Part shown: piece by piece, positions 10,366-18,923 of the stretch
Layout: every line of letters begins with the position of its first letter
Numbering within the stretch: the stretch's first letter is position 1
NCBI GenBank assembly: GCA_003228105.1
Contig: QGNN01000003.1
Coordinates: 258 to 64,257 of the forward strand
DNA length: 64,000 bases
Reading direction: 5' to 3'
Source: Chloroflexota bacterium
Lineage (GTDB): Bacteria > Chloroflexota > Dehalococcoidia > Lucifugimonadales > UBA826
Notes under the pieces: model-generated
What the model was told of the DNA's origin: nothing
The model's input: the letters and a program-made list of their open reading frames with translations, nothing else
Database searches by the model: none
Made by a program: the position numbers and the translations under genes

Positions 10366-11007
10366 TCAGGATTCAAGTCTTACAGCGGTAAAACGGCCTC
10401 TTCTTAGTTCCTGCACTAAATCAGATTCATTCTTTATTTCTTTTTCAAAACTTGTCATACAGGTACCTATTGCACTCACTATGTGAGCGTCACTTCCTCC
10501 TGTTCCTAAATATCCTTTTGCCTTAATCAAAGATTCGGCTTTTTCTCCTTCTCCTGGCCTGTTGGACCCGTTGAGTTGCTCGACGGATTTAACTGTTTCA
10601 AAACCGGTTACACCGCCATCTAAATATTCAGCAAATCCAATTCCTGCTCGGCCTGGGTGGGCTGGAATTGCTATTCCTCCATAGCTGTCACAAATATCAA
10701 CTAGGTTTTGTGCACTCATGTTAACATCTGAGAAATCCAACTCACCGGTAATTTCTTCTGAAATTCCGTAAACGAGGAAATGTCCGGTGTCTGTGTCTAA
10801 TTCAGCGCCTTTTAAAATGATTATTCCGTCATCTGAGGCTAAACTAGCATAGTTTTTATCGTGGTCGAATTGCCTGTGCTCTGTTAAAACAAATCCATCT
10901 ATTGATTTGCCTTTTCTTCGCAGCACATTAACCCATTTTATGTATTGTTCTACCGTTGCTCTGGAATCGTCCGATGCAACTGAGTGAGTGTGTAAATCAA
11001 GGAGCAT
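10366..11007 (-). CDS. PHP-domain metal-dependent phosphoesterase
   Basis: N-terminal DLHTHSVASDDS motif, with later AHPGR and GGSDAH metal-ligand motifs. Confidence 0.8.
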   Translation of the reverse strand: MLLDLHTHSVASDDSRATVEQYIKWVNVLRRKGKSIDGFVLTEHRQFDHDKNYASLASDDGIIILKGAELDTDTGHFLVYGISEEITGELDFSDVNMSAQNLVDICDSYGGIAIPAHPGRAGIGFAEYLDGGVTGFETVKSVEQLNGSNRPGEGEKAESLIKAKGYLGTGGSDAHIVSAIGTCMTSFEKEIKNESDLVQELRRGRFTAVRLES

Positions 11008-11087
11008 AATAGGATTGAATGTTAGGTTAGCACCTTCCTGTAGTCAAGAAATAAATGTATTAAACTTAAGGAAATTGCATCCAGAAG

Positions 11088-11894
11088 ATGCAGAAAACAA
11101 TAAAGTGGGTGATTAATATGGATTTAGGACTGACTGGAAAAATTGCTTTAATAACTGGTGGTAGTAGGGGTTTGGGAAGGGAAAGCGCATTGTCCTTAGC
11201 CAGGGAAGGCGCGAATATTGCTATATGTGGTAGAAGAAAAAAGGTGTTAGAGACGACGGTAAAGGAGATTGAGGAAACTGGAGCAATCTGTGTGGGTATA
11301 GTTGCTGATGTATCTGATACTGGGATGATGGGGGATTTGCATACTTCCGTCGTTGAGGCTCTTGGGCCGATAGACATACTCGTGAATAATGCCGGGGGAA
11401 CTAGATCCAGAGATGATATTAACGGAACCTCTCTAGAAGATTTTAAAGGCACCTTTGATTTAAATGTTTTTGGAGCTTTTGAGTTAATGCAACATGTTAT
11501 ACCGTCTATGAGAAGTAATGCTTGGGGCAGGATTATTAATATTGCTTCTATCTGGGGACGAGAATACGGTGGGAATATAGCTTATATGTCAGCAAAAGCG
11601 GCATTAATTGCTGCCTCTAAACATTCGGCAATTTCCTTGGCTAAAGACGGAATATTGGTTAATTCCATCGCTCCTGGTTCAATTGAACACCCTGGAGGTT
11701 CATGGGAACGTTTTCAAAATGACAATTCAGCTGAAGTTGTAGAAAATTTTATACAGGAAAATCTGCCTCTTGGCAGGTTTGGCTGGCCTGAACCACTGGG
11801 TGATTTGGTTGCCTATCTTGCCTCTGATAGATCTGGACTAATCACCGGTTCATGTATCGTAATCGATGGTGGTCAGAGCGTATCGATGATCTAG
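11088..11894 (+). CDS. SDR oxidoreductase (FabG-like)
   Basis: LITGGSRGLGRE, NNAGG and YMSAKAA (YxxxK). The likely real start is ATG at 11118 (MDLGLTGK). Confidence 0.85.
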   Translation: MQKTIKWVINMDLGLTGKIALITGGSRGLGRESALSLAREGANIAICGRRKKVLETTVKEIEETGAICVGIVADVSDTGMMGDLHTSVVEALGPIDILVNNAGGTRSRDDINGTSLEDFKGTFDLNVFGAFELMQHVIPSMRSNAWGRIINIASIWGREYGGNIAYMSAKAALIAASKHSAISLAKDGILVNSIAPGSIEHPGGSWERFQNDNSAEVVENFIQENLPLGRFGWPEPLGDLVAYLASDRSGLITGSCIVIDGGQSVSMI

Positions 11895-11897
11895 GAT

Positions 11898-12899
11898 TTA
11901 GTTTTTCAAGGATCTTTTAGGGTTAGGATGCTCTAACACTTCAGGGTTGACTAAGTTCTCAGGCATGCTATTTCTGTATACCCTGACGACTTCGCTTGCT
12001 GCTCGTTCTTCTAGCTCAAGTATGGATTCTTGAGAGAAGAAAGCTGTGTGAGGGGTTATTAGTATGTTTTCCAGTTGCATCAAGGGATGATCCCTTGATG
12101 GTTCATTATCCACCATGACATCTAAACCTGCACCACCTATTTTCCCATTCGATAGAGCCTCGTACAAGGCTGCTTCGTCGATCAAAGGGCCTCGCGCTGC
12201 GTTGATTAGGAAGGCATCATCTTTCATTAAATCAAATTGTTTCGGTCCGATCATTTTTTCGGTGCTTGGAGTTAATGGTGCATGAAGTGACACAAAATCC
12301 GAATTCTCCAGTAGTTCCTCAAGACTTACCAATTTTCCACCTGAAGATTCCACTATTTCTTTAGGAGTGAATGGATCAGAGGCCAATATATTTAAGCCGA
12401 AAACAGAGGCTTTTTCTGCTACTGCTTGTCCGATCCGGCCAAATCCTACAATGCCAATAGTTTTACCTCTCAATCTTTTGATACGCATCGTTAAACCCAA
12501 ATGACCCCACCCATCGGATTTTACTGATCGGTCGAATAAGGCTATTTTTCTATTCCAGGTATGTAGCATTGCTAAAACGTGGTCAGACACTTCATCTACG
12601 CAATAATCAGGAACGTAGGTCACCGGTATACCGAGTTCGCTTGCCGTACCCACATCTATATTATCAACACCAACTCCAAATCTTCCTATCGACACACAAT
12701 TTTCTGCGGCTCTAATTACATTCCCGGTAACTTTTGCAAAACATGTCATGATTGCATCCACGTCTCTAGCTAACTCAATCAGAGTATCTTCCTCCCCATC
12801 AGGCGCTACTATAACCTCCGCTCCTGCAGCTTCCAAAACAGCCCTCTCTGGCTCTATTGTCGGCCATACATGATCAGTGATAAGGACTTTCCAACCCAT
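11898..12899 (-). CDS. D-isomer-specific 2-hydroxyacid dehydrogenase (CtBP/PGDH-like)
   Basis: NAD motif GIVGFGRIGQAV, plus INAARGPLID and TPHTAF catalytic-region motifs. Confidence 0.85.
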   Translation of the reverse strand: MGWKVLITDHVWPTIEPERAVLEAAGAEVIVAPDGEEDTLIELARDVDAIMTCFAKVTGNVIRAAENCVSIGRFGVGVDNIDVGTASELGIPVTYVPDYCVDEVSDHVLAMLHTWNRKIALFDRSVKSDGWGHLGLTMRIKRLRGKTIGIVGFGRIGQAVAEKASVFGLNILASDPFTPKEIVESSGGKLVSLEELLENSDFVSLHAPLTPSTEKMIGPKQFDLMKDDAFLINAARGPLIDEAALYEALSNGKIGGAGLDVMVDNEPSRDHPLMQLENILITPHTAFFSQESILELEERAASEVVRVYRNSMPENLVNPEVLEHPNPKRSLKN

Positions 12900-12932
12900 T
12901 TATTTCTCCCTTTCGTTAAGGTTACTTGACAA

Positions 12933-14576
12933 TTAAATTGATGTTAAATCTCTCGGCATCGGATTAAACATGCACCCTTCGACAAAAACTTCGAAGAAAT
13001 CCGGAACAGTTTCCAATTCCAAATGGTCTATGCTCAACACTAACTTTTCTATTTCGATTCTCATTTCGATTGATTTAAGCATCAATATTGCACCTTCGAG
13101 TGAAGCATTTCCTACCTTTTCAATCTTTTTTAGGGGAAAATTGGCTATAAAGCCGATGTCCCTAGCATTTGATGAATTTATGTAGTTTGCGAAGCCTCCT
13201 GCCAGGTACAGTTTGGATATTTCACCAATCGGTGCACCGAAATGGCGCAACGCCAAATATTGACCACAGTAGTTGGCAGATTTCGCCTGAGCCAGGGCAC
13301 TAATGTCAGATCGGGACAGAGCCATATTTGCTTCTTCGGAAAATATGTAGGCATTATCTCCATTTGAGTAAACTCCAAGTTCGGTCATCAAATTAGATTT
13401 TCTCAGTTCGGCTAATAAATCAATCAACCCCGATCCACAGATCCCTTGGATACCGGCACCTCCTATAGTGTCAATCTCCAAAATACCGTCTCGAATTTTA
13501 ACGGATTCAATAGCCCCTTCATACCCAGGCATACCGTACGTTATGTCGCCACCCTCAAAGGCTGGTCCAGCAGGGCAGGAGGCTGCGACCATTTTATGTC
13601 GAGTTCCTATCACAACTTCAGTGTTGGTTCCTATATCCACTAACATTATAGGATTTTCGGATTCTTCAGCCGTTATCGCCAGTAAGTCCGCTGCTACATC
13701 TGCACCTACGTGAGACCCAATTATAGGTCCACTATAGATTCGAGCTTGAGGGAATATTCGTAGACCAAGTTCCTTTGCACTTATATTAATAGCAGTGGAT
13801 TCTCGTGAACCGGATTCCATATCATGTTGGATAATCGATTTGTATGGTTTTTCGCCCACGGATTGTACATTTACACCAAAAAGTATGTCCCTCATTGTAG
13901 TGTTTCCGACTAGTACAGCATCATAAATTCTTCTTCGATGAATTTTATGTTCTCTAAGCATTTCACCTATTTCATAATTGATCGATGACAGCAATACTTT
14001 TTGCAATTCACCTTTATTTGGACCACCATCATAGGAAATCCTGTTCATTACATCAGAACCCCCAAATCTTTGTGGGTTTTCAAAAGAGGAAGTGATTAAA
14101 ATGTCCCCGCTTTCAAGATCTACGATGCTTAATACTATGGTGGTGGTCCCAATATCCCCCGCCAACCCTAAAATGTGACCCTGATATCTGTCCGAATCCA
14201 TTTCCTCTATAAAGACCCTGTCATCTCTTTTGGTAGCAACGCTATCTAATTTAACAGGCCTCTTCACTCCTGAGGTTAAAATTTTCGGTTGTCTTCTTAG
14301 TGTGCTGAATTCAACATTTGATGTTAAATCTTCGACTACAGCTTGGCAGGCCAACCTGTAATTACCTCTTAAAAAAGTTTCCTCTTGGGTTTGTTGATTT
14401 AGAGAAGCCATCCCCTTTTTTATTTCCACCACACACTCATGGCATTCACCGTTTCTACCACAAGCAGTAGGAACTCTAATTTTGAGGTCATCGGCGTAAT
14501 CAAATATCGTTTTATGAGGGCCTATTGGATACTCTTTGCCATCGGCAAAAACTGGAGACATTGGCGATACCTTCAA
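12933..14576 (-). CDS. corrinoid reductive-activation protein (RamA/RACE-like): 2Fe-2S ferredoxin fused to an ASKHA ATPase
   Basis: N-terminal plant-type ferredoxin cysteines (CGRNGECHEC...LACQ) followed by a roughly 400-aa actin/sugar-kinase-like domain (GDIGTTT, VDIGTNTE). ATG at 14561 has a GAAGG Shine-Dalgarno (SD) sequence and is the likely start. Confidence 0.8.
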   Translation of the reverse strand: MKVSPMSPVFADGKEYPIGPHKTIFDYADDLKIRVPTACGRNGECHECVVEIKKGMASLNQQTQEETFLRGNYRLACQAVVEDLTSNVEFSTLRRQPKILTSGVKRPVKLDSVATKRDDRVFIEEMDSDRYQGHILGLAGDIGTTTIVLSIVDLESGDILITSSFENPQRFGGSDVMNRISYDGGPNKGELQKVLLSSINYEIGEMLREHKIHRRRIYDAVLVGNTTMRDILFGVNVQSVGEKPYKSIIQHDMESGSRESTAINISAKELGLRIFPQARIYSGPIIGSHVGADVAADLLAITAEESENPIMLVDIGTNTEVVIGTRHKMVAASCPAGPAFEGGDITYGMPGYEGAIESVKIRDGILEIDTIGGAGIQGICGSGLIDLLAELRKSNLMTELGVYSNGDNAYIFSEEANMALSRSDISALAQAKSANYCGQYLALRHFGAPIGEISKLYLAGGFANYINSSNARDIGFIANFPLKKIEKVGNASLEGAILMLKSIEMRIEIEKLVLSIDHLELETVPDFFEVFVEGCMFNPMPRDLTSI

Positions 14577-14639
14577 ATTATATTTGGTTAAGTGAATTCT
14601 ACAGTGCGCAAAAAAAAGATTGTGCTATTAGCCTTCAGG

Positions 14640-14885
14640 TTAATTGCTGGGCTCCCACGCCGAACGATAATCTAGGTCATCACTTCCAAGACAAAGGTAC
14701 AATTTTCCTACGGTGCCTGGTCTATCTTGGTTTCGGCAACTAAATTTCGCGGTGCACCCGTCCTCAGAATTTTTGTACGGGCATCTCCATGTGGACACTT
14801 CCGAGACTGTATCTGAGATAGACTTGAAAATTGATTCAAGCTTTCCTAAACTCTTCTTATATTTTTCTTGGTTGACTGGTTCCAT
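14640..14885 (-). CDS. small Cys-containing hypothetical protein
   Basis: 81-aa ORF inside the corrinoid operon with 5 Cys residues (WRCPY..DGCTAKFSCRN..LCLG). Weak SD. No family recognised. Confidence 0.4.
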   Translation of the reverse strand: MEPVNQEKYKKSLGKLESIFKSISDTVSEVSTWRCPYKNSEDGCTAKFSCRNQDRPGTVGKLYLCLGSDDLDYRSAWEPSN

Positions 14886-14922
14886 ATTTTTGTCTCATTG
14901 GCCACAAAACATTTGATAGGCT

Positions 14923-15681
14923 TTAATCAACCGGACTTATTGAAAGCTCCGCGTCGGGGCGCATAAAAGTTTTGGCTAAATCCACACAGGACATAGCATC
15001 CTTTCCGTAACCATCCGCACCCATGTCATCGGCAAATTCCTGGGAAAGAGGGGCTCCTCCAACCATAATTTTCACCACTTCTCGCATCTCAGCTTCTTCG
15101 AATGCGTCGATAGTTCTACCCATATTAGGCATAGTGGTTGTTAATAATGCAGACATTCCTAAAACCCCAGCTTCATTTTCCTCAACTGCTTCTATGAATT
15201 CCTCTGGGGATGTGTCTACACCCAAATCTATAACAGTAAAACCGGCTCCACTCAACATCATGATACAAAGATTTTTCCCGATATCGTGTAGATCCCCTTT
15301 CACTGTTCCCATTATCACAGTACCAGCAGGCTCTATGCCTGATTCGGATAGGATTGGCTCGACGTGAGCCATACCGGCTTTCATAGCTCTTGCAGCAACA
15401 AGGACTTCTGGTACGAAGATCAGATTGTCTCTGAATTTCACACCTACAATCGCCATTCCTGCTATAAGCCCATCATCTAAAATTGTATTGGCTGAAAACC
15501 CAGCTTCTAAGGCCTCTTTGGTCAATTGGTCAACTCTGTTATTGTCTCCTTTTATCAAAGAAACCGATATGTCTTGCATCAGAGGATCTGCTTCGTTCCA
15601 CAGGTTTCTAATGTGCTGCTGTTCTGCGGGGCTGGTTACATACCCTAACTCCGCCTCCAAATCTTCATTAATTACTGGCAT
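14923..15681 (-). CDS. cobalamin-binding corrinoid protein (MtbC/MtsB/MetH B12-domain-like)
   Basis: B12-binding DxHxxG (GDLHDIGKN), SALLTT and VGGAP motifs, preceded by a helical cap domain. Confidence 0.85.
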   Translation of the reverse strand: MPVINEDLEAELGYVTSPAEQQHIRNLWNEADPLMQDISVSLIKGDNNRVDQLTKEALEAGFSANTILDDGLIAGMAIVGVKFRDNLIFVPEVLVAARAMKAGMAHVEPILSESGIEPAGTVIMGTVKGDLHDIGKNLCIMMLSGAGFTVIDLGVDTSPEEFIEAVEENEAGVLGMSALLTTTMPNMGRTIDAFEEAEMREVVKIMVGGAPLSQEFADDMGADGYGKDAMSCVDLAKTFMRPDAELSISPVD

Positions 15682-15788
15682 ATGGTAAACGAACCTCTGA
15701 TATTTATTGAATCATGTTTCATTAGAAGATAAACATAAATGGCATCTGAAAGGAGCAATTATACGACTAAATTACAGTCAGACATAGG

Positions 15789-16826
15789 TTATCCATGCCT
15801 TTCAGCGGTCCAATCTTTAATGGCCAAAGGAATCTCCATGAGGTTTTCTAGTTTGGTCGCTAATGGCACTGCGCATTCTGGCCCAATCATCTGGACTCCA
15901 GCCTCCAAACATTTGTAGACCTCTTGCCTTACTTCCTCAGGACCTCTGGCGTACAAAGTTTCCGGATTATTAATATTTCCTACAAGAGTGATTCCTCCAT
16001 TTACAGCATCCATAGCTGCTTGAGGGTCATTTTTCGAATCGAAATGAAAAGAGGCCATTCCTGTTTTGGCAATATATGGCATTCTGTCGAGGGTTTTTCC
16101 GCATATGTGCAAAATGAGAGGTGCTTCCAATGCATCTACCATTTCCGTGTGAATATCTTGCAAAAATTCTTTGTAATATTCCCCGCTTACTAGATCACCT
16201 GTGGCGTGATCAGGGAATGTCAGCGCATCAGCTCCTGCATCTATCTGGGCTTGTCCGAAAAGTATGGAAATCTCCTTTAATTTTTCTAAAGCCTTTTTTG
16301 TTTCATCTGGATTGTCCACTGTGCCCAACAAAAAACTCTCCACGCCAAAGACATGGTAGGCGAGAGTCCAGGGACCCATCGTTTTTCCAATAATAGCTAC
16401 TTCATCCCCCAACTCATCTTTCAGCATTCTGATTGAGTCAGTGATAGCCTTCATGTCTCGATGCTCGAGTATGCCCGCCGGTATCTTTACATCATCAGCG
16501 GACTTCCAAATGGGGTTATACATTCGCACTGTGGGCCAGTTGTCTTTTTCTTCCCATTGCATTTCACATCCTAGAGCGGATGACTCTTGTATTATGCTGA
16601 AATAGGGCGAAACAGAATCGAAACCTAATTCCGTATACCCAGTAGCAGCTAACCTGGCTGCCATTTCTCCATCCTGGCATGCGTAAGGGAAAGGAGCATC
16701 TACCAGATCCATTAATTCCACTGTTGCGACATTGGTTGGATTCACAGCCGGGGTTCTGTCGACAAGTTTACCGGCTAAAGCGTTCATCACCCGTTCTTTG
16801 GGTGACATCGTTTCTTGATAAGGCAT
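15789..16826 (-). CDS. URO-D-fold MtaA/MtbA/MtsA-like zinc methyltransferase
   Basis: Uroporphyrinogen-decarboxylase-fold protein carrying the MtaA-type zinc ligand pattern H-x-C (LILHICG) and a distal Cys (GPECAV). Strong AAGGAG SD. Confidence 0.8.
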   Translation of the reverse strand: MPYQETMSPKERVMNALAGKLVDRTPAVNPTNVATVELMDLVDAPFPYACQDGEMAARLAATGYTELGFDSVSPYFSIIQESSALGCEMQWEEKDNWPTVRMYNPIWKSADDVKIPAGILEHRDMKAITDSIRMLKDELGDEVAIIGKTMGPWTLAYHVFGVESFLLGTVDNPDETKKALEKLKEISILFGQAQIDAGADALTFPDHATGDLVSGEYYKEFLQDIHTEMVDALEAPLILHICGKTLDRMPYIAKTGMASFHFDSKNDPQAAMDAVNGGITLVGNINNPETLYARGPEEVRQEVYKCLEAGVQMIGPECAVPLATKLENLMEIPLAIKDWTAERHG

Positions 16827-16845
16827 TTCTCAAACGCTCCTTGAT

Positions 16846-17520
16846 TTATGTTTGACTGAAACCTAAGGTATTAGTGGTCATTTGGCCTCTCATGGATTCT
16901 GCTTGCATCATCGTTTCTATGCTACTTACATTCCGGGAATACGGTAGCAGAATCCTTAACAATTCATCATGATTCAGGCGGCACTCGAAAGCTACTTCCT
17001 GATCTCCCATTTTGTCCATTTCACCGTATTTGGAAAACCCTGCGATAATCATCCGCAGACGCATAGCCGGATTTTTCGCTTCTCCACTAGCAGATATCTG
17101 GTAGTGCCGAGTGTTGTCTCTCTCAAACCCTTCTGCTTTGATGATTAAATTGGATTTACTATCCTTTATCTCCATTGCGGCAGTGTTTGTGGCATATTCC
17201 GGATCTTTTCCAACGGCTTGGGATAATAGAAATCGGACTGGCCTACTATGAATTAAACCGCACTCGAATTTGGCTTGGTTATGCGTCTCAGGCACTGGAA
17301 TCATGCCTCCCAGGGATACTAATAAACCTCGAATTTCTTCGATCCGTTTTTCTACGCCAGAGTTGGTGCTAAAGGACCACACTGTGAAGATAGAATTTTT
17401 CACATATAGGCCTATAGATATTTCATTGAATCTTTTGTCTGTAGGAATTAATTCCAGACAGTGGCCATATTTTGCTATGACATCTTTTGGTCTAGGGCCA
17501 TCGTAGGAGACAAGTTTCAT
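16846..17520 (-). CDS. hypothetical protein (224 aa) in the corrinoid operon
   Basis: ATG at 17520 has an AAGGAG SD and starts 2 nt after the upstream stop; the track start at 17592 would overlap that gene by 70 nt. Internal repeat-like motif: KFECGLIHSRPVRFLL / AFECRLNHDELLRILL. No family recognised. Confidence 0.6.
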   Translation of the reverse strand: MKLVSYDGPRPKDVIAKYGHCLELIPTDKRFNEISIGLYVKNSIFTVWSFSTNSGVEKRIEEIRGLLVSLGGMIPVPETHNQAKFECGLIHSRPVRFLLSQAVGKDPEYATNTAAMEIKDSKSNLIIKAEGFERDNTRHYQISASGEAKNPAMRLRMIIAGFSKYGEMDKMGDQEVAFECRLNHDELLRILLPYSRNVSSIETMMQAESMRGQMTTNTLGFSQT

Positions 17521-17522
17521 GT

Positions 17523-18425
17523 TTATACTCCTTGGGTTTCTTCCAATAATTTTGAAAATGCGGAAATATGATCTGGTCCGGTTCCACAACACCCCCCAAT
17601 GATATTGACTCCAATTTCCTTTAACTTCATAAATCTCTCCGCCATGTAGTTTGGTGGTTCAGGGTAGAGTATTTCTCCAGCTTTGAGAGACGGGATACCA
17701 GCGTTTGAATGTACTAATAGTGGAGAGTCAGTAGCATCTCTCATCATGGATGCTATCTCTATCATGTTATCTATTCCGTTTCCGCAATTGGTTCCCACAA
17801 TATCGGCCCCAGATTTAACCAATTCGACTGCGGCCTGTTCAGGTGTTACGCCCATCATTGTAAAATAGCCTCTTGGACCTTTATCAAAGGTCATAGTGGA
17901 TATTACAGTTAGATTGGTGTTTTCTTTAGCCGCTCGGATAGCTATGGACGCTTCATCGAGAGCTGTCATAGTTTCTATAACTATTCCATCAGCACCGCCT
18001 TGCTCTAAGGATGTCACCTGACTACAAAAGGCCTGATACAAATCTTCTTTTGAGACAGCCCCCAAAGGCTCTAAGAATTCACCACTTGGACCCACAGAGC
18101 CACATACGAAGGTCCCTGGCTTCGACTGGCTTTTTGCATGCTCAGCTGCGAGCCTGTTAAATTCGTCTACTTTGTCTCCAAATCCGTAATGGCTTTGCCG
18201 AAAGTTGGTGCCACCAGAAGAATTAGTGAGAACAATGTCAGATCCTGCATCAAAGTAGGATTTTGCCATTCTTCGGACAATTTCAGGGTGGCTTACGTTG
18301 AACTCTTCAGGACATCCACCCGGCTCCAGGCCGTTTTGTTGCAAAAAAGTTCCGGTCCCTCCATCTGAAACCAGCACCTCTCCATTCGATAGTCGATCCA
18401 GTATGCCTCGGGATTTTAAATTCAT
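17523..18425 (-). CDS. homocysteine S-methyltransferase domain protein (MetH N-terminal/BHMT-like)
   Basis: Stand-alone 300-aa Hcy-binding barrel with zinc ligands in VGTNCGNG and IIGGCCGTGPDHI. Confidence 0.85.
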   Translation of the reverse strand: MNLKSRGILDRLSNGEVLVSDGGTGTFLQQNGLEPGGCPEEFNVSHPEIVRRMAKSYFDAGSDIVLTNSSGGTNFRQSHYGFGDKVDEFNRLAAEHAKSQSKPGTFVCGSVGPSGEFLEPLGAVSKEDLYQAFCSQVTSLEQGGADGIVIETMTALDEASIAIRAAKENTNLTVISTMTFDKGPRGYFTMMGVTPEQAAVELVKSGADIVGTNCGNGIDNMIEIASMMRDATDSPLLVHSNAGIPSLKAGEILYPEPPNYMAERFMKLKEIGVNIIGGCCGTGPDHISAFSKLLEETQGV

Positions 18426-18440
18426 TTTGTTTTTAACCTT

Positions 18441-18782
18441 CTAATTCGATTCTATCCATCCGTCGATGGATCCTGCACTGTGGGTTCTAGACCCATTTTT
18501 ATGTAAATCCCTCAACTTGGCCACAAAATTCTGCGGCATTCCTTTATTGTAACGATCTGCTACAGACTTCAAGACATTATCCAACTCTCCAAACATTTCA
18601 AAATATTCGCCCCATTCCCATGCGTCAAGATATTCATCCGAACCGTAGCTGCCTTCCATCATCGAAATTGCATCTACAGCCTCTTGGAACCTCGAATCCA
18701 GCGGTAGAGATTGAGTCTCAGAGTTATTGGTTATCTGCACCTGTACTGGAATTTCTTTCCAATACATTAATCGTACTTTCAA
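18441..18782 (-). CDS. small conserved protein, first gene of the corrinoid operon
   Basis: 113-aa ORF (MYWKEIPVQVQ...). From memory it resembles the roughly 100-aa 'virulence factor' Pfam domain that co-occurs with MetH-type domains. ATG at 18767 is the likely start. Confidence 0.45.
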   Translation of the reverse strand: MKVRLMYWKEIPVQVQITNNSETQSLPLDSRFQEAVDAISMMEGSYGSDEYLDAWEWGEYFEMFGELDNVLKSVADRYNKGMPQNFVAKLRDLHKNGSRTHSAGSIDGWIESN

Positions 18783-18923
18783 AATTCTAATCCTAGAAGA
18801 ACATAATTACAGTCATTATAGTTCCATAGACAAACATACAGAAGCTACGGTTTCCACATACCTATTTCTGATTGGTATGTTATAACTCAATAATTCTTAA
18901 TAGGATTCTAAAAGGAGAGCACT

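Noticed and set aside
18783-18923. Expected cobalamin riboswitch upstream of the corrinoid operon
   Set aside because: No B12-box-like GCCACTG core or conserved paired regions are visible on the minus strand. The spacer is AT-rich and looks like a plain divergent promoter region.
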